Made by a program: the position numbers and the translations under genes. From Armatimonadota bacterium (GTDB lineage Bacteria; Armatimonadota; UBA5829; DSUL01), in assembly GCA_039811685.1 (NCBI GenBank), contig JBDHZC010000002.1, forward strand, positions 320,001 to 384,000: a DNA stretch of 64,000 nt. Direction: 5' to 3'. The notes under the pieces were generated by a model. It was not told the DNA's origin, made no database searches, and saw only the letters and a program-made list of their open reading frames with translations. Below, piece by piece: positions 29,778-40,693 of the stretch. The first letter of the stretch is position 1; every line of letters begins with the position of its first letter.

Positions 29778-30107
29778 TCAGCCGACCTCTTCCAGATTCT
29801 GATCAGCTTCGTTGCGCGCCTGATCCATCGCTTCTCGGCCTGCACTGATAGCTTCGCTGAGTCGTCCCTTTGTAGTATCCACAATCTCCCGGCCTTTTGA
29901 AACCATCTCCTCGCCCTTGACCGCCAGGTCGCCGGCGACTTTCTCAGCCTTGGCCTTGAGGTCGTCCAGAGTACTCTTGAGGTCGTCGCGCATCTCCGAA
30001 CCGGTTTTGGGGGCAAGCACCAGCGCTACCGCCGCCCCAACAATGGCGCCAAGACCGATCCCTGCAAGCAGATTTAACAGCGTATTTTGATCGTTGCGAT
30101 CATCCAT
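29778..30107 (-). CDS. YtxH-domain protein
   Basis: GIGLGAIVGAAVALVLAPKTGSEMRDDL followed by a coiled coil. Confidence 0.85.
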   Translation of the reverse strand: MDDRNDQNTLLNLLAGIGLGAIVGAAVALVLAPKTGSEMRDDLKSTLDDLKAKAEKVAGDLAVKGEEMVSKGREIVDTTKGRLSEAISAGREAMDQARNEADQNLEEVG

Positions 30108-30507
30108 CTTTGTTACCTCTTCCGTTAGTCCGGGGACGGAGCAGTGTGTCCATCCCTGCCCGGATGCCCAGCAGAACAGAGCCGGCAATATCCGCAGAGT
30201 TTTTGGCTAAGCTTCGGGCTGAGTGAGCGACCCGCGCGCCAACAAGCGCGCTGCCCACGCCCGAAACAATCTTCTCAACCTGTTCAATCTTTCCGGTGAC
30301 GCTGCCTACCGTCTTCTGAGTCTGGTCGATGACGGCGTGCGCCTTGTCACAGACTTCCTTGACCTGCGTCTGAATCTGCGTGCCGACGGCGCCGACCTTC
30401 TTGGCCACTACGATCGCCGCCACAGCTATGGCAATGGCCATCACGCCGAACAAAACGGCGATAATTGTCAGATCAATCGCTATCCACAAACCCTGGCCTG
30501 CTGTCAC
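30100..30507 (-). CDS. DUF948/YtxG-like membrane-anchored coiled-coil protein
   Basis: N-terminal TM helix then amphipathic coiled coil; overlaps the ytxH-like start. Confidence 0.6.
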   Translation of the reverse strand: MTAGQGLWIAIDLTIIAVLFGVMAIAIAVAAIVVAKKVGAVGTQIQTQVKEVCDKAHAVIDQTQKTVGSVTGKIEQVEKIVSGVGSALVGARVAHSARSLAKNSADIAGSVLLGIRAGMDTLLRPRTNGRGNKDG

Positions 30508-30533
30508 GCCACTTACCCCTCTGCGCCGAAGAT

Positions 30534-31643
30534 CTAATCACGTAAGACGCTGTCGATAGTGCCACCGCCGATGACCTGGTCCACATCGTAAAAGACTGCC
30601 GCCTGCCCCGGAGTGGGCGCTCGCTCCGGCGTCTGAAACTCCAACTCCCAAAGGGAATCACCCTCGCCAGCGCTCTCTGAGACGTGCGGGCGAATGACGG
30701 CCGGAATGGCTGGCATATTGTACCTGACTTTGCAGGTGACAGCCATTTCAGCGGGCGGCGGTGACCCCGCTACCCAGTGCAGCTTGTTTACCATGACCGA
30801 CCGGATCATAAGCGCTGCCGACGGGCCAAGCACAACGCGATTAGCTGCCGGATCCACATCCACCACATAAAGCGGCTCAGCTGCGGCTACCCCCAGCCCT
30901 TTTCGCTGCCCGATGGTGTAGCCGGCCGCTCCAGTGTGCGCACCCAGCACCTTGCCATCCATATCCACAATTTCGCCTTCACGAGCAAGCTCCGGACGCC
31001 GCTCAGCCAGAAAGGCCCGGTGACCGAGCTTGCCGATAAAACAGATTTCCTGGCTATCCGGCTTCTTCCACACCTTCAGGCCTAACTCACGCGCTGTCTC
31101 CCGGGTCGCGTCTTTCGTGAAACCTCCAAGTGGAAAGATCGTGTGCGCCAGTTCATGCTGGCCAAGCATGTACAACACATATGACTGGTCTTTGATGACA
31201 TTCGGCGATCTCTTCAGCCGAAACACTCCGTCTTCTGAGCGATCAATCAAGGCGTAGTGCCCTGTGGCGAGATAGTCCGCGCCGATAGCCATTGCCCGCT
31301 CCATCAGCGTGTGAAACTTGACGCGCTCATTGCACTTTACGCATGGGTTTGGCGTGCGTCCCTGAGCATATTCATTGATGAAATCCTCAATAACCGCATG
31401 CTCAAACTCTTCACGCATGTTCATCACATAGTGTGGGATATCCAGCTCGTTGGCGACGCGGCGGGCGTCTTCAACGGCGTCCAGCGAGCAGCAGCCCTGA
31501 CCGTCGGACTCAGCCCCTTCAGGCCACACTTGAAGGGTAATACCGATAACGTTGTAACCCTGCTGCTTCAGCAGAGCAGCCGCGACAGAGGAATCAACAC
31601 CCCCTGACATTGCAGCGACGACTGTTTTTGATGTAGATGACAA
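30534..31643 (-). CDS. mnmA: tRNA 2-thiouridine(34) synthase
   Basis: AMSGGVDSS, TPNPCV.CN..VKF, ATGHYA, KDQSY, DSQEICF, TIGQRKG, PGQAAVFY. Confidence 0.97.
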   Translation of the reverse strand: MSSTSKTVVAAMSGGVDSSVAAALLKQQGYNVIGITLQVWPEGAESDGQGCCSLDAVEDARRVANELDIPHYVMNMREEFEHAVIEDFINEYAQGRTPNPCVKCNERVKFHTLMERAMAIGADYLATGHYALIDRSEDGVFRLKRSPNVIKDQSYVLYMLGQHELAHTIFPLGGFTKDATRETARELGLKVWKKPDSQEICFIGKLGHRAFLAERRPELAREGEIVDMDGKVLGAHTGAAGYTIGQRKGLGVAAAEPLYVVDVDPAANRVVLGPSAALMIRSVMVNKLHWVAGSPPPAEMAVTCKVRYNMPAIPAVIRPHVSESAGEGDSLWELEFQTPERAPTPGQAAVFYDVDQVIGGGTIDSVLRD

Positions 31644-31815
31644 GAGTAACTCAATCAGCCTTTCAGAAACTTTACCTGGAGATTAAAGGGTTTCAGGCGG
31701 ACGAGATAAACCGCCACGCCAATCAATACCTGACGAGTGAGAGTCCCTGCGTTATTTCAGATTGCGCGGACGATACAGCGCAGGCGGAAGGCATCGCATC
31801 GCGTCTGTGATGCTC

Positions 31816-33213
31816 TTATCCGGCGTCCTCTGGCTTTGCGGGCACACTCTTTGAGCCCTTGCTCCCGGAGCGCCTGCTTCGGGCATTTAGCTCCTGCCGC
31901 CACGCCGCCAGCCTCTCTGCTATCTTCTTTTCATACCCGTTCTGAGTCGGCGTGTAGTACTGACTAGATTTTGCTCCAGGCGGAAGGTAGTCTTGCTCGG
32001 CGATGTGCCCCGGGTGGTCGTGCGGATAGACATAGCCTATGCCGCGCCCCAAACTCTGAGCGCCGCGGTATCCGCTACTTTTCAAATGAGGGGGCACCTC
32101 AGCGGGTGGCCGGTTCCGGACGTCGTCCATCGCCGCCCCGATCGCTTTGTAGCTGGCGTTGGATTTGTGCGCGCACGCAAGATAAATGACCGCCTGCGCC
32201 AGAGGAATCTGAGCTTCAGGCAGACCGACATAATCCACAGCCTGAGCTGCGGAAGTTGCCACTACCAGCGCCATAGGGTCTGCATTGCCGACATCCTCAG
32301 CAGCCAGAATGACCATACGCCGCGCGATGTACTTCGGGTCTTCTCCGGCGGTTATCATTTTCGCCAGCCAGTAAAGCGCCGCGTCCGGGTCTGACCCGCG
32401 CATACTCTTGATGAAGGCGGAGACTGTGTCGTAGCGGGCGTCACCGGCCTTATCGTAGTCCAGTATCCTCTGGCGCAACGCATCTTCCACCAGCCTGGCC
32501 GTGATGACCCGCTCGTTCTCTTTGTCGTCCACCGCTCGGGGCGCAGCCATCTCCAGAGCGTTCAGCGCCGCGCGCGCATCCCCTCCAGCGACGTCCAGCA
32601 GATGCGCCAGCGCGTCCTCTTCGATCGTAACGCTCAAAGCTCCCAGCCCGCGCTCCACGTCTGTCAGCGCGCGCATTACAAGCTCCCTGACGTCGTCCTG
32701 TGTCAGCGGCTCAAACTGATAAATCCGGCAGCGTGACAGAAGTGGAGAGTTGACTTCAAAGTACGGGTTCTCCGTGGTCGCCCCTATCAGGACAATCAGC
32801 CCCTGCTCCACATGCGGCAGAAATCCGTCCTGCTGCGTACGGTTGAAGCGGTGAATCTCATCCACAAACAGGATGGTCTGCCGGCCGGATAAAGCCATCT
32901 CTTCAGCGGCTCGCGCAACTACTTTCCGCAGATCAGGCAGGCCGGAGGTTACGGCATTGAACGTTTCAAAAGCGGCGCCAGTGCTCTGTTCGATGACTGA
33001 AGCGAGTGTGGTCTTTCCACAACCCGGCGGTCCATAGAAGATCATTGAGGGAATCCGGCCCTGCTCGATCGCGCTGCGCAGCAGAGTGCCCGGCCCCGCA
33101 ATATGCTGCTGGCCAATAAACTCACTCAGGCTGCGCGGGCGCATACGTGTCGCAAGCGGGGCTTTTTGCTCCAGCATCTCCCGCCGGCCGGTATGCTCAA
33201 ACAGATCGGACAT
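31816..33213 (-). CDS. rarA: Replication-associated recombination protein A (AAA+)
   Basis: [58 protein letters not shown]. Confidence 0.95.
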   Translation of the reverse strand: MSDLFEHTGRREMLEQKAPLATRMRPRSLSEFIGQQHIAGPGTLLRSAIEQGRIPSMIFYGPPGCGKTTLASVIEQSTGAAFETFNAVTSGLPDLRKVVARAAEEMALSGRQTILFVDEIHRFNRTQQDGFLPHVEQGLIVLIGATTENPYFEVNSPLLSRCRIYQFEPLTQDDVRELVMRALTDVERGLGALSVTIEEDALAHLLDVAGGDARAALNALEMAAPRAVDDKENERVITARLVEDALRQRILDYDKAGDARYDTVSAFIKSMRGSDPDAALYWLAKMITAGEDPKYIARRMVILAAEDVGNADPMALVVATSAAQAVDYVGLPEAQIPLAQAVIYLACAHKSNASYKAIGAAMDDVRNRPPAEVPPHLKSSGYRGAQSLGRGIGYVYPHDHPGHIAEQDYLPPGAKSSQYYTPTQNGYEKKIAERLAAWRQELNARSRRSGSKGSKSVPAKPEDAG

Positions 33214-33413
33214 CTTATGGGCATGTTTGCTGATTTGCGCAGCAATCGCAAGGATGTTCGGTCTCCGGCTTACCACACTCAGCACCTCTCGTGAAGCGGC
33301 GGGCATGCAGTTGCCACCTGGTGTTATGACAAACCCGGTATACATCGTCTGTAGAATGCAGCGCGGCGTATGAGCATCAGTCGCGGCTTTTGCGTCCGGC
33401 GAGGATGAGATCG

Positions 33414-34766
33414 ATGATGGATACTTCAGAGAAGAAAATCGCGCATTTACTGCGTAGAGCGGGTTTTGGCGCCAGCCGCGATCAGCTTGACTACTACGTC
33501 TCAAAGGGGCTGGCGGCCACAGTCACGGAGTTGGTGGACTATCAGCAGACGCCCAATCCGTTTGACAAGCCTCAACCAACGCCGCTGGGCAAGGAACTGC
33601 GCCCACAGGACGTGCGAAGCTGGTGGATCGAGCGCATGCTCTACACAACGCGCCCGCTGGAAGAGAAGATGACTCTGTTCTGGCACAACCACTTCGCCAC
33701 CGCTGTCTCAAAGGTGCGCAACGCCGGGTACATCCTCCAGCAGAATCAGCTTTTTCGGAAACATGCGCTCGGCAACTTCCGCACGCTGCTCAAGCAGGTC
33801 AGCCGCGATCCGGCCATGGTCGTGTGGCTGGACAACAACCGCAATCGCAAAGCCAGCCCCAATGAAAACTATGCCCGGGAGTTGATGGAGCTTTTCACTC
33901 TCGGGATAGGACACTACACCGAGCAGGATGTCAAACAGGCGGCGCGCGCCTTTACCGGCTGGTTTGCTGCTCCTAGAGGGGACGGCTTCCATTTTCTGCC
34001 CCGTGCGCATGACTTCGGCCAGAAGACGTTTCTCGGCAGACAGGGCGCCTTTGACGGCGACGACATTGTCGATATCATTCTGGAACAGGAGCAGGCGCCG
34101 AAGTTTCTGGCGCGCAAGCTGGTGAAGTTTTTCATCACTGACGATCCTTCTGAGGCATTGATTACCATGTTCGCCGCGCTCATCCGCGAGAACGACTATG
34201 AAATCAAGCCTGTGGTGGAGCGGATTCTGCGCTCAGAGGCGTTCTACGCACCGGAGCATCGCTATGCCAAAGTGAAAAGCCCCGCTGAGTATGTCATCGG
34301 GAGCGCGCGCATGCTCTGCGGCCCGATCCCTTCAGCAGCTATGCCCGCTGTAACCCGGACGCTGGGGACTTTTATGCGCCAGATGGGTCAGGACCTGTTG
34401 AACCCGCCGAATGTCAAAGGCTGGGACGGCGGGCGCACGTGGATTACCACCAGCGCTATGCTCAGCCGGGCCAATCTTGCGGCAGCTTTTCTGGGTGGCC
34501 GCCGGGGTCTGTCAGCAGGCCGCAGGCGCTCACTTCAGGGCGCACAGGCGCCGCTGGTTGACGTGGAGGCTTTGCTCGGGTCTTCCAATGGCGGGGCTGC
34601 CGCAGCGCCAGCGGAGATCGTTGGCCGCCTTGGGTCAGCGATGGGCGCAATGGACATCTCTGCGGGCGCCAGGACCGTTCTCAACGAGTATCTCGCATCC
34701 AGCGGAGGCTCGGCGAGAGTGGCGCTTCAGATGCTCATGGCCTCCGCAGAGTTTCAACTGTCTTGA
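33414..34766 (+). CDS. DUF1800 family protein
   Basis: HLLRRAGFG, EKMTLFWHNHF, YLDN-like WLDN, PNENYARELMELFTLG, PPNVKGW. Confidence 0.92.
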   Translation: MMDTSEKKIAHLLRRAGFGASRDQLDYYVSKGLAATVTELVDYQQTPNPFDKPQPTPLGKELRPQDVRSWWIERMLYTTRPLEEKMTLFWHNHFATAVSKVRNAGYILQQNQLFRKHALGNFRTLLKQVSRDPAMVVWLDNNRNRKASPNENYARELMELFTLGIGHYTEQDVKQAARAFTGWFAAPRGDGFHFLPRAHDFGQKTFLGRQGAFDGDDIVDIILEQEQAPKFLARKLVKFFITDDPSEALITMFAALIRENDYEIKPVVERILRSEAFYAPEHRYAKVKSPAEYVIGSARMLCGPIPSAAMPAVTRTLGTFMRQMGQDLLNPPNVKGWDGGRTWITTSAMLSRANLAAAFLGGRRGLSAGRRRSLQGAQAPLVDVEALLGSSNGGAAAAPAEIVGRLGSAMGAMDISAGARTVLNEYLASSGGSARVALQMLMASAEFQLS

Positions 34767-34782
34767 AGAAAGAGCGACGCAC

Positions 34783-35994
34783 ATGGCTTTGACACGAAGA
34801 CAATTTCTGAAGAGTGGCACAATCGCAGTTTCAGGGGCGGTGTTCCTTCCCCCGTGGCTGCAGGCCGTGGCAGAAGCGGCCGATCAGAGTCCTTCCAGCA
34901 GCAAAATCCTCGTCGTCGTGGAGTTGGCGGGCGGAAATGACGGCCTGAATACGGTCATTCCTTACAAGGATGGCAAGTACCGGGACTTGCGCAAAGTCAT
35001 CGGCATTGACCAGAGTAAAGCCCTGCCGATTACTGCGGAGCTTGCGCTGCATCCGGCTATGAGCAGGATGCAGGCTTTGTTCCAAGCGAGGAAGCTGGCA
35101 GTTATTGAGGGCGCGGGCTATCCCAATCCAAACCGCTCGCACTTTCGTTCCATGGAGATATGGCAGACGGCAAATCCCACATCTGTTGAATACTATGGGT
35201 GGCTGGGACGCTATCTCGACGAGGACGGACACCCGCGCAACCCTTTACAGGCCGTAATGCTGGGGGATCAGCTTGCGCAGTCGCTTCTGGCCCAAGACGC
35301 TGATGTGCCTCTGATTGAGGACATCCAGAGTTACAGCTTTGTAGCGGCCGACGGACCCAGGGACAAGGCTCTTGCGTTGCTGAAGCGCCTCCACTCTCAG
35401 GCCGCCCCTAAAAACTCCGCACGGGAGCACATTCAGACGGTCAGCCTGGAGGCGATAAGCTCGTCCGAAGAACTGCGAGCCAGGGTCAAAGAATCTGCGG
35501 CAGGCTACCCGGACACAGCGTTTGCTAACCAACTGAAGGAGATCGCACAGATCATCGGCGGCAACGTAGGCACGGCTGTCGCCTACGCCAGACTCGGCGG
35601 CTTCGACACCCATGCCAACCAGGCGACGCGCCAGCAACAGCTCCTGACGAGCCTTTCTGAGGGGCTGGATGCTTTCTGGAAAGACGTCACCTCGCGCGGG
35701 CTGGCGGATCGCGTGCTGCTTTTCACCTTCAGTGAGTTTGGCCGGCGTGCCCGGGAGAACGGAGGCGCGGGGACGGATCACGGGACCGCCGGTCCCATGT
35801 TTGTGCTTGGTGGCGCGGTGAAGGGGGGACAGGTTTACGGCGACCCGCCGGATCTGCGAAATCTGGACGGCAATGGCGACCTGAAGTATCAGATTGATTT
35901 CCGCCGGGTTTACTCCTCTGTTCTCTCACGCTGGCTCGGCGCTGACCCCGAAAAAGTGCTCGGCGCGAGGTATGAGCCACTCGCGTTTATCTAA
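34783..35994 (+). CDS. DUF1501 family protein with Tat signal
   Basis: TRRQFLK; L.GGNDGLN, NRSHF, GGFDTHANQ, SEFGRR, GTDHG, DFR.VY. Confidence 0.92.
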   Translation: MALTRRQFLKSGTIAVSGAVFLPPWLQAVAEAADQSPSSSKILVVVELAGGNDGLNTVIPYKDGKYRDLRKVIGIDQSKALPITAELALHPAMSRMQALFQARKLAVIEGAGYPNPNRSHFRSMEIWQTANPTSVEYYGWLGRYLDEDGHPRNPLQAVMLGDQLAQSLLAQDADVPLIEDIQSYSFVAADGPRDKALALLKRLHSQAAPKNSAREHIQTVSLEAISSSEELRARVKESAAGYPDTAFANQLKEIAQIIGGNVGTAVAYARLGGFDTHANQATRQQQLLTSLSEGLDAFWKDVTSRGLADRVLLFTFSEFGRRARENGGAGTDHGTAGPMFVLGGAVKGGQVYGDPPDLRNLDGNGDLKYQIDFRRVYSSVLSRWLGADPEKVLGARYEPLAFI

Positions 35995-36217
35995 CGCGTC
36001 CTTCTCCGGGTAGTGAACAGAGAAACACTGAACGGCGGTTCAGTGCGCCTGCGGCTGCGCGCATGGTACAATCGCCTGCCGCACCGCCTGAGAGCATAAC
36101 CCGCCAGCTTTGGCCCGGCGCGTTCTTCGCGCCGGGTATTGCCGTGCGTACGGCAATGTGATCTTGTGCTTGTTTCGCGAACTGGGGCGGCCATTTGCAC
36201 GTTAGATTACAGGACAT

Positions 36218-39200
36218 ATGTCACTGAAACTTCTCAAGAATATCCTCTGCCAGAAAGAGCCTCTTCGCCAGATACGAAAGCTACTCGACGGCGACGCGGG
36301 CCCGATTGCCGTTGAAGAGATCGCGTCGGAAGTCAAACCGCTGCTTGCTTCCTGCGTTGCCACAGATCAGAAAAGCGTCACTGCTATTGTCGCGTATTCC
36401 GAAGAAGAGGCGGAGCGTCTCTGGGAGGGATTGCTGGCGTATGGCCTTGAAGAGGAGCGGCTGTTTCTGATTCCAGCCGCTGAGAGTCTGCTGTTCTGCG
36501 ACGGCGCTCCGGACTGGAATATCGTTGGCGCCAGAGTCAGAGCGCTGACGCAGCTTGCGCTCGGGCGCGGTGGCGTGCTGATCCTGCCTCTGAGCGCAGC
36601 GCTTATGCGCACCTGTCTGAAAAGTGACTTTGCGGCGGCGATTCAGCAGGTTGAAGTCGGCGCGCAGCTAGACATTCACAAGCTGGCGACAACGCTGGCC
36701 ATCACCGGCTACCGGCGCGCTGATCTGGTCACTGAGACGGGGCAATTCGCCATTCGTGGCGGTCTGCTGGACATCTGGCCGCCTACTGAAAACTCACCCG
36801 TACGTATCGAGCTCTTTGACGATGAGGTCGAATCTATTCGCCCGTTTGATCCCGAGACGCAGCGCTCTGGTGGCTCATTGCCGGAGGTGGTTGTGCCACC
36901 CGGGCGGGAAGTCCTCATCGGAGAAAGAGGTGAGCGGGCGGCTGATTTGTGTCAGGAGCGCCTTGATGAGCAGATTGAGAAGCTGCGCAATGAGGGACGC
37001 GCACCGGATGCGGAAGCCCTGGAGTTGCGCGTCAGCGAGCACATTTCGTCGCTCCGACAGGGCGCCTCTTTTGATGGTCTGGAGTACTACCTTCCGTTCC
37101 TGGTCTCAGAGGAAAGCTGCCTGCTTGACTGGCTGCCGGCGAATGCGGTGATTCTGTGGGATGAGCCGGGACTGTCCGAGAGTGGCTGGGACCGGCTGAG
37201 AGAAGAGCTCACGGAAATCTACTTCAGCCGCGCCGAACGCGGGCAGGCGCTGGCCGCCGAACACGAGCGTCACGTAAGTCTCGAGCACGCGCGGCAGAGC
37301 ATGCTGAAGCGGCGCTGCGTTGTCATGTCCAGCCTGCCAAACGAAGCCCGATGGCTGAGCGCGGCACAGCGCATCTCCCTGCCTTCTTCTGGAATGGAGA
37401 CCTTTGGCGCTCAGGTGGGAGTCTTTGCGGAGAACGCCAAAAAATGGATCAGCCACGATCTTGGCGTTGTTGTAGTTACCCCACAGGTCTTGCGGGTTGG
37501 GCAGATGCTCTTGGAGCTGGATGTGCGGCCTGTTCACGGAGAGTTGCGCGGTGAAGTAGAAACAGGTGTCACGGTCATAGAAGGCTCTCTTCCCGCAGGC
37601 TACAGGCTGCCGGGCGCCGGCGTTGTTGTGGTTGCCGATGCGGATATTTTCGAGGCTGCCGTTGTGCGACGTCCGCGGATGAGCCGGCGCGACGCCCGGC
37701 CGATTGCAAGTATCTCTGATATCAAAGCGGGCGACTATATCGTCCACGTCCATCACGGCATTGGCGTTTACCGCGGCATGGCCAACCTCAACGGACGGGA
37801 CTTTCTTTTTCTGGAGTACGCGGGCGGCGACAAGCTCTACGTCCCCGCAGACCAGATGGATCGGGTGCAGAAATACTCCTCTGCTGAAGCCATTCCCCCA
37901 ACTGTTCACCGCCTGGGCGGCAGCGACTGGGCGAGAACCAAAAAGAAGGTCAAAGCTTCTGTAAGGGAGATGGCCAAAGAGTTGCTGCAGGTGTACGCGG
38001 CGCGTGAAGCGCTGGGAGGCTACGGCTTTCCGCCGGATACACCGTGGCAGCGGGAGATGGAGCAGGCGTTTCCGTTTACGGAGACTGGAGACCAGGAACG
38101 GGCAATTGAGGATGTAAAGCGCGACCTTCAGGAAACCAGACCCATGGACCGCCTGATCTGTGGGGATGTCGGGTTCGGCAAGACGGAAGTGGCCATGCGC
38201 GCGGCCTTCAAGGTGGTGCTGGACGGCAAGCAGGTGGCCGTGCTGTGTCCCACGACTGTCCTGGCGCAGCAGCATTTCAATGTCTTTTCAGAGCGGCTGG
38301 CCGCTTTTCCCTTGAAGGTGGAGATGCTCTCACGCTTCCGCTCCGCTAAGGAGCAGCAGGCGATTCTGGAAGATCTGCGAGCTGGCAACGTGGACATTGT
38401 AATCGGCACACACCGGCTGCTGTCCAAAGATGTCGAGTTCAAGAATCTGGGTCTGGTAGTCGTTGATGAAGAGCAGCGCTTCGGGGTCAGCCACAAGGAG
38501 CGCTTGAAGCAGATGCGCCTGTCGGTGGATGTGCTGACGCTCACAGCGACGCCTATTCCCAGAACTCTTCACATGTCGCTGGCAGGTATCCGGGACATGA
38601 GCGTTGTAAACGAAGCGCCCGAAGGGCGCATCCCGGTCCGGACGTATGTGCGCGAGTTTGACGACAATCTGGTGCGCGAAGCGATTGTGCGAGAACTGGA
38701 CAGAGACGGCCAGATATTTGTAGTGCACAACCGCGTAGAGTCAATCGGCCAGCTTGCCGATCGCATCGCCAGGCTCGTGCCTCACGCGCGAATTGCTATC
38801 GGGCATGGACAGATGAGCGAACATGAGCTCGAGAGAGTGATGCTCGACTTCTACCACAACAAGTTTGACGTGCTTGTGTCCACAACGATTATTGAGAGTG
38901 GACTGGATATTCCAAACGCAAACACTATCATCGTCAACAACGCGGATAAGTTCGGGCTGGCTCAGCTTTACCAGCTGCGCGGGCGTGTTGGCCGCAGTCC
39001 ACGCCAGGCTTACGCCTACCTGCTGTACAAATCCGATCTGGTTCTTTCTGAAGTCGCCGAAAAACGCCTGGCGGCCATTCGTGAGTTCGCGGACCTGGGC
39101 TCTGGATTCAAGATCGCGATGCGGGATCTGGAGATCCGCGGAGCGGGTAACATTCTGGGAGCCGAGCAGCACGGTCAGATGCTCTCCGTCGGCTTTGACA

Positions 39201-39742
39201 TGTACTGTCACCTGCTGGCGCAGGCTGTGAAGGAGCTGAAAGGGGAAGAGCTACCAGAAGAAAAAGCTCTGCCGCCAGCCGACATCTCAGTAGAGGCGTT
39301 TATTCCGACTGACTACGTCTCCAACGAAGGCATGCGTATTTCACTGTACCGCAGGATGAGCTCTTTGGTCACTGAAGAAGCGGCTGTGAAGCTGGAAGAG
39401 GAGCTGGCCGACCGGTTCGGGGCGCTGCCAGATCCGGTTCGCAACGCGCTGGCGCTTCTGAAGCTGCGCATAGAGTGCGACCGCGTCGGTGTACAGTCCG
39501 TCCGCGAAGACAACGGGCGCATTGTCGTGTCTCTCGGCGCAGGAGTGAGCCTGCCGCCAGAAGCGATACGGCAACTCAAAAAGGCTTTCCCGGAGCACAT
39601 CTGGGAACCGAGACAGGTGCGCTTGCTCGCAGGAAAGAGCAGTCCCCTTGACATGGTCAGCGAGTTTCTGCGCCTGGCGAGAAAAGCTCTCAACCCATCT
39701 TCAGAAACCCCAAAAAGACGCCCGCTGACCGCGAGAGTGTGA
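36218..39742 (+). CDS. mfd: Transcription-repair coupling factor
   Basis: UvrB-like N-terminus (RGG.LDIWP, FDPETQRS), VHVHHGIG, GDVGFGKTE, DEEQRFG, QLRGRVGR, DLEIRGAG. Confidence 0.97.
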   Translation: MSLKLLKNILCQKEPLRQIRKLLDGDAGPIAVEEIASEVKPLLASCVATDQKSVTAIVAYSEEEAERLWEGLLAYGLEEERLFLIPAAESLLFCDGAPDWNIVGARVRALTQLALGRGGVLILPLSAALMRTCLKSDFAAAIQQVEVGAQLDIHKLATTLAITGYRRADLVTETGQFAIRGGLLDIWPPTENSPVRIELFDDEVESIRPFDPETQRSGGSLPEVVVPPGREVLIGERGERAADLCQERLDEQIEKLRNEGRAPDAEALELRVSEHISSLRQGASFDGLEYYLPFLVSEESCLLDWLPANAVILWDEPGLSESGWDRLREELTEIYFSRAERGQALAAEHERHVSLEHARQSMLKRRCVVMSSLPNEARWLSAAQRISLPSSGMETFGAQVGVFAENAKKWISHDLGVVVVTPQVLRVGQMLLELDVRPVHGELRGEVETGVTVIEGSLPAGYRLPGAGVVVVADADIFEAAVVRRPRMSRRDARPIASISDIKAGDYIVHVHHGIGVYRGMANLNGRDFLFLEYAGGDKLYVPADQMDRVQKYSSAEAIPPTVHRLGGSDWARTKKKVKASVREMAKELLQVYAAREALGGYGFPPDTPWQREMEQAFPFTETGDQERAIEDVKRDLQETRPMDRLICGDVGFGKTEVAMRAAFKVVLDGKQVAVLCPTTVLAQQHFNVFSERLAAFPLKVEMLSRFRSAKEQQAILEDLRAGNVDIVIGTHRLLSKDVEFKNLGLVVVDEEQRFGVSHKERLKQMRLSVDVLTLTATPIPRTLHMSLAGIRDMSVVNEAPEGRIPVRTYVREFDDNLVREAIVRELDRDGQIFVVHNRVESIGQLADRIARLVPHARIAIGHGQMSEHELERVMLDFYHNKFDVLVSTTIIESGLDIPNANTIIVNNADKFGLAQLYQLRGRVGRSPRQAYAYLLYKSDLVLSEVAEKRLAAIREFADLGSGFKIAMRDLEIRGAGNILGAEQHGQMLSVGFDMYCHLLAQAVKELKGEELPEEKALPPADISVEAFIPTDYVSNEGMRISLYRRMSSLVTEEAAVKLEEELADRFGALPDPVRNALALLKLRIECDRVGVQSVREDNGRIVVSLGAGVSLPPEAIRQLKKAFPEHIWEPRQVRLLAGKSSPLDMVSEFLRLARKALNPSSETPKRRPLTARV

Positions 39743-40031
39743 GGCAGGATAGCAGACTCCGGTGGTCAGCCCAGACAAGCCGGACGATCCTGATTCAGGC
39801 GGCTTCCCAGACAAAAGCGCAACGGTGCATGAATCTGTTTGTCCACTTACGCCAGAGAGATATTTGAGCGCAAGGCGCAACCTTCCCGCATCTCCGGCTC
39901 TCTGAAGCTGTGCGATGTTTTGGGTAGAATCGCGGTAATGAGCTGCGTTGACGCTTCATTGCCGGCTGGCTGCGGCAGTCTTTGGAGGACGATGGATGTT
40001 GACGCAAACTCGTAAGCACTGGAGGAGATAC

Positions 40032-40523
40032 ATGATCAGTAAAATTCTTAGCTTGGATACCAGGCGCGCCTTGATGGGCGTACTAGCGGCTGGGGCTGCG
40101 CTTATCATGACCACAGCGGGCACTCTCGTCGCCCAGGGAGCGGCCGGGAACGCGGACTGGAGCGATCCGCAGGCGCGTGAGGCGGCAGGTCTTTGCGCAC
40201 AGCCCGCGCAGGTATCGCTGGCCGGGCAGGTAGTCCTGCGTATTCACGCACCGGCCGCCGGCAAGACCTGCCAGCAGAGAGCGGATATCGTCCAGCAAAG
40301 GATCGTGGACGCTCTGAGCATTGGTGTGCTCTATCCGAAAGATATTCACGTGCAGAAGCAGCGCGGTGAGTGGGCGATATTTGTGAAAGACATCCTTATC
40401 ATCACCGCTGACGCCACCTCCGCCAAAGTCAACCACACAACAGCGCCAAAGCTGGCGGAGATGTGGGCCAACAACCTGCGTAAGACCCTCCCGGAATCTA
40501 CACCTCAAAAACCTGGACTCTAG
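40032..40523 (+). CDS. Secreted hypothetical protein
   Basis: GGAGGAG RBS; signal peptide; compact domain ending ...LAEMWANNLRK. Confidence 0.7.
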   Translation: MISKILSLDTRRALMGVLAAGAALIMTTAGTLVAQGAAGNADWSDPQAREAAGLCAQPAQVSLAGQVVLRIHAPAAGKTCQQRADIVQQRIVDALSIGVLYPKDIHVQKQRGEWAIFVKDILIITADATSAKVNHTTAPKLAEMWANNLRKTLPESTPQKPGL

Positions 40524-40693
40524 GAGCAAGCCCGGTTGGACTTTAGCGCCTTGGCCAGTAGCCTGGCGCTGAATAGCCTTTGAGAGGGGAGCAGTGAAAT
40601 TTGCGCGCTGCTCCCTTTGTTCTGTGTGGCCGGTATTTTCGAACAGGTGTTCACGGCTGAGACGCAGACGTGGTATACTGTGCGGCGTCTGCT

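Noticed and set aside
36088..36108. CTGAGA...ATAACCC fragment resembling a TPP riboswitch
   Set aside because: The ACCUGA...UAAUGC..GCG.AGG half of the aptamer is absent, and mfd is not a thiamine gene.
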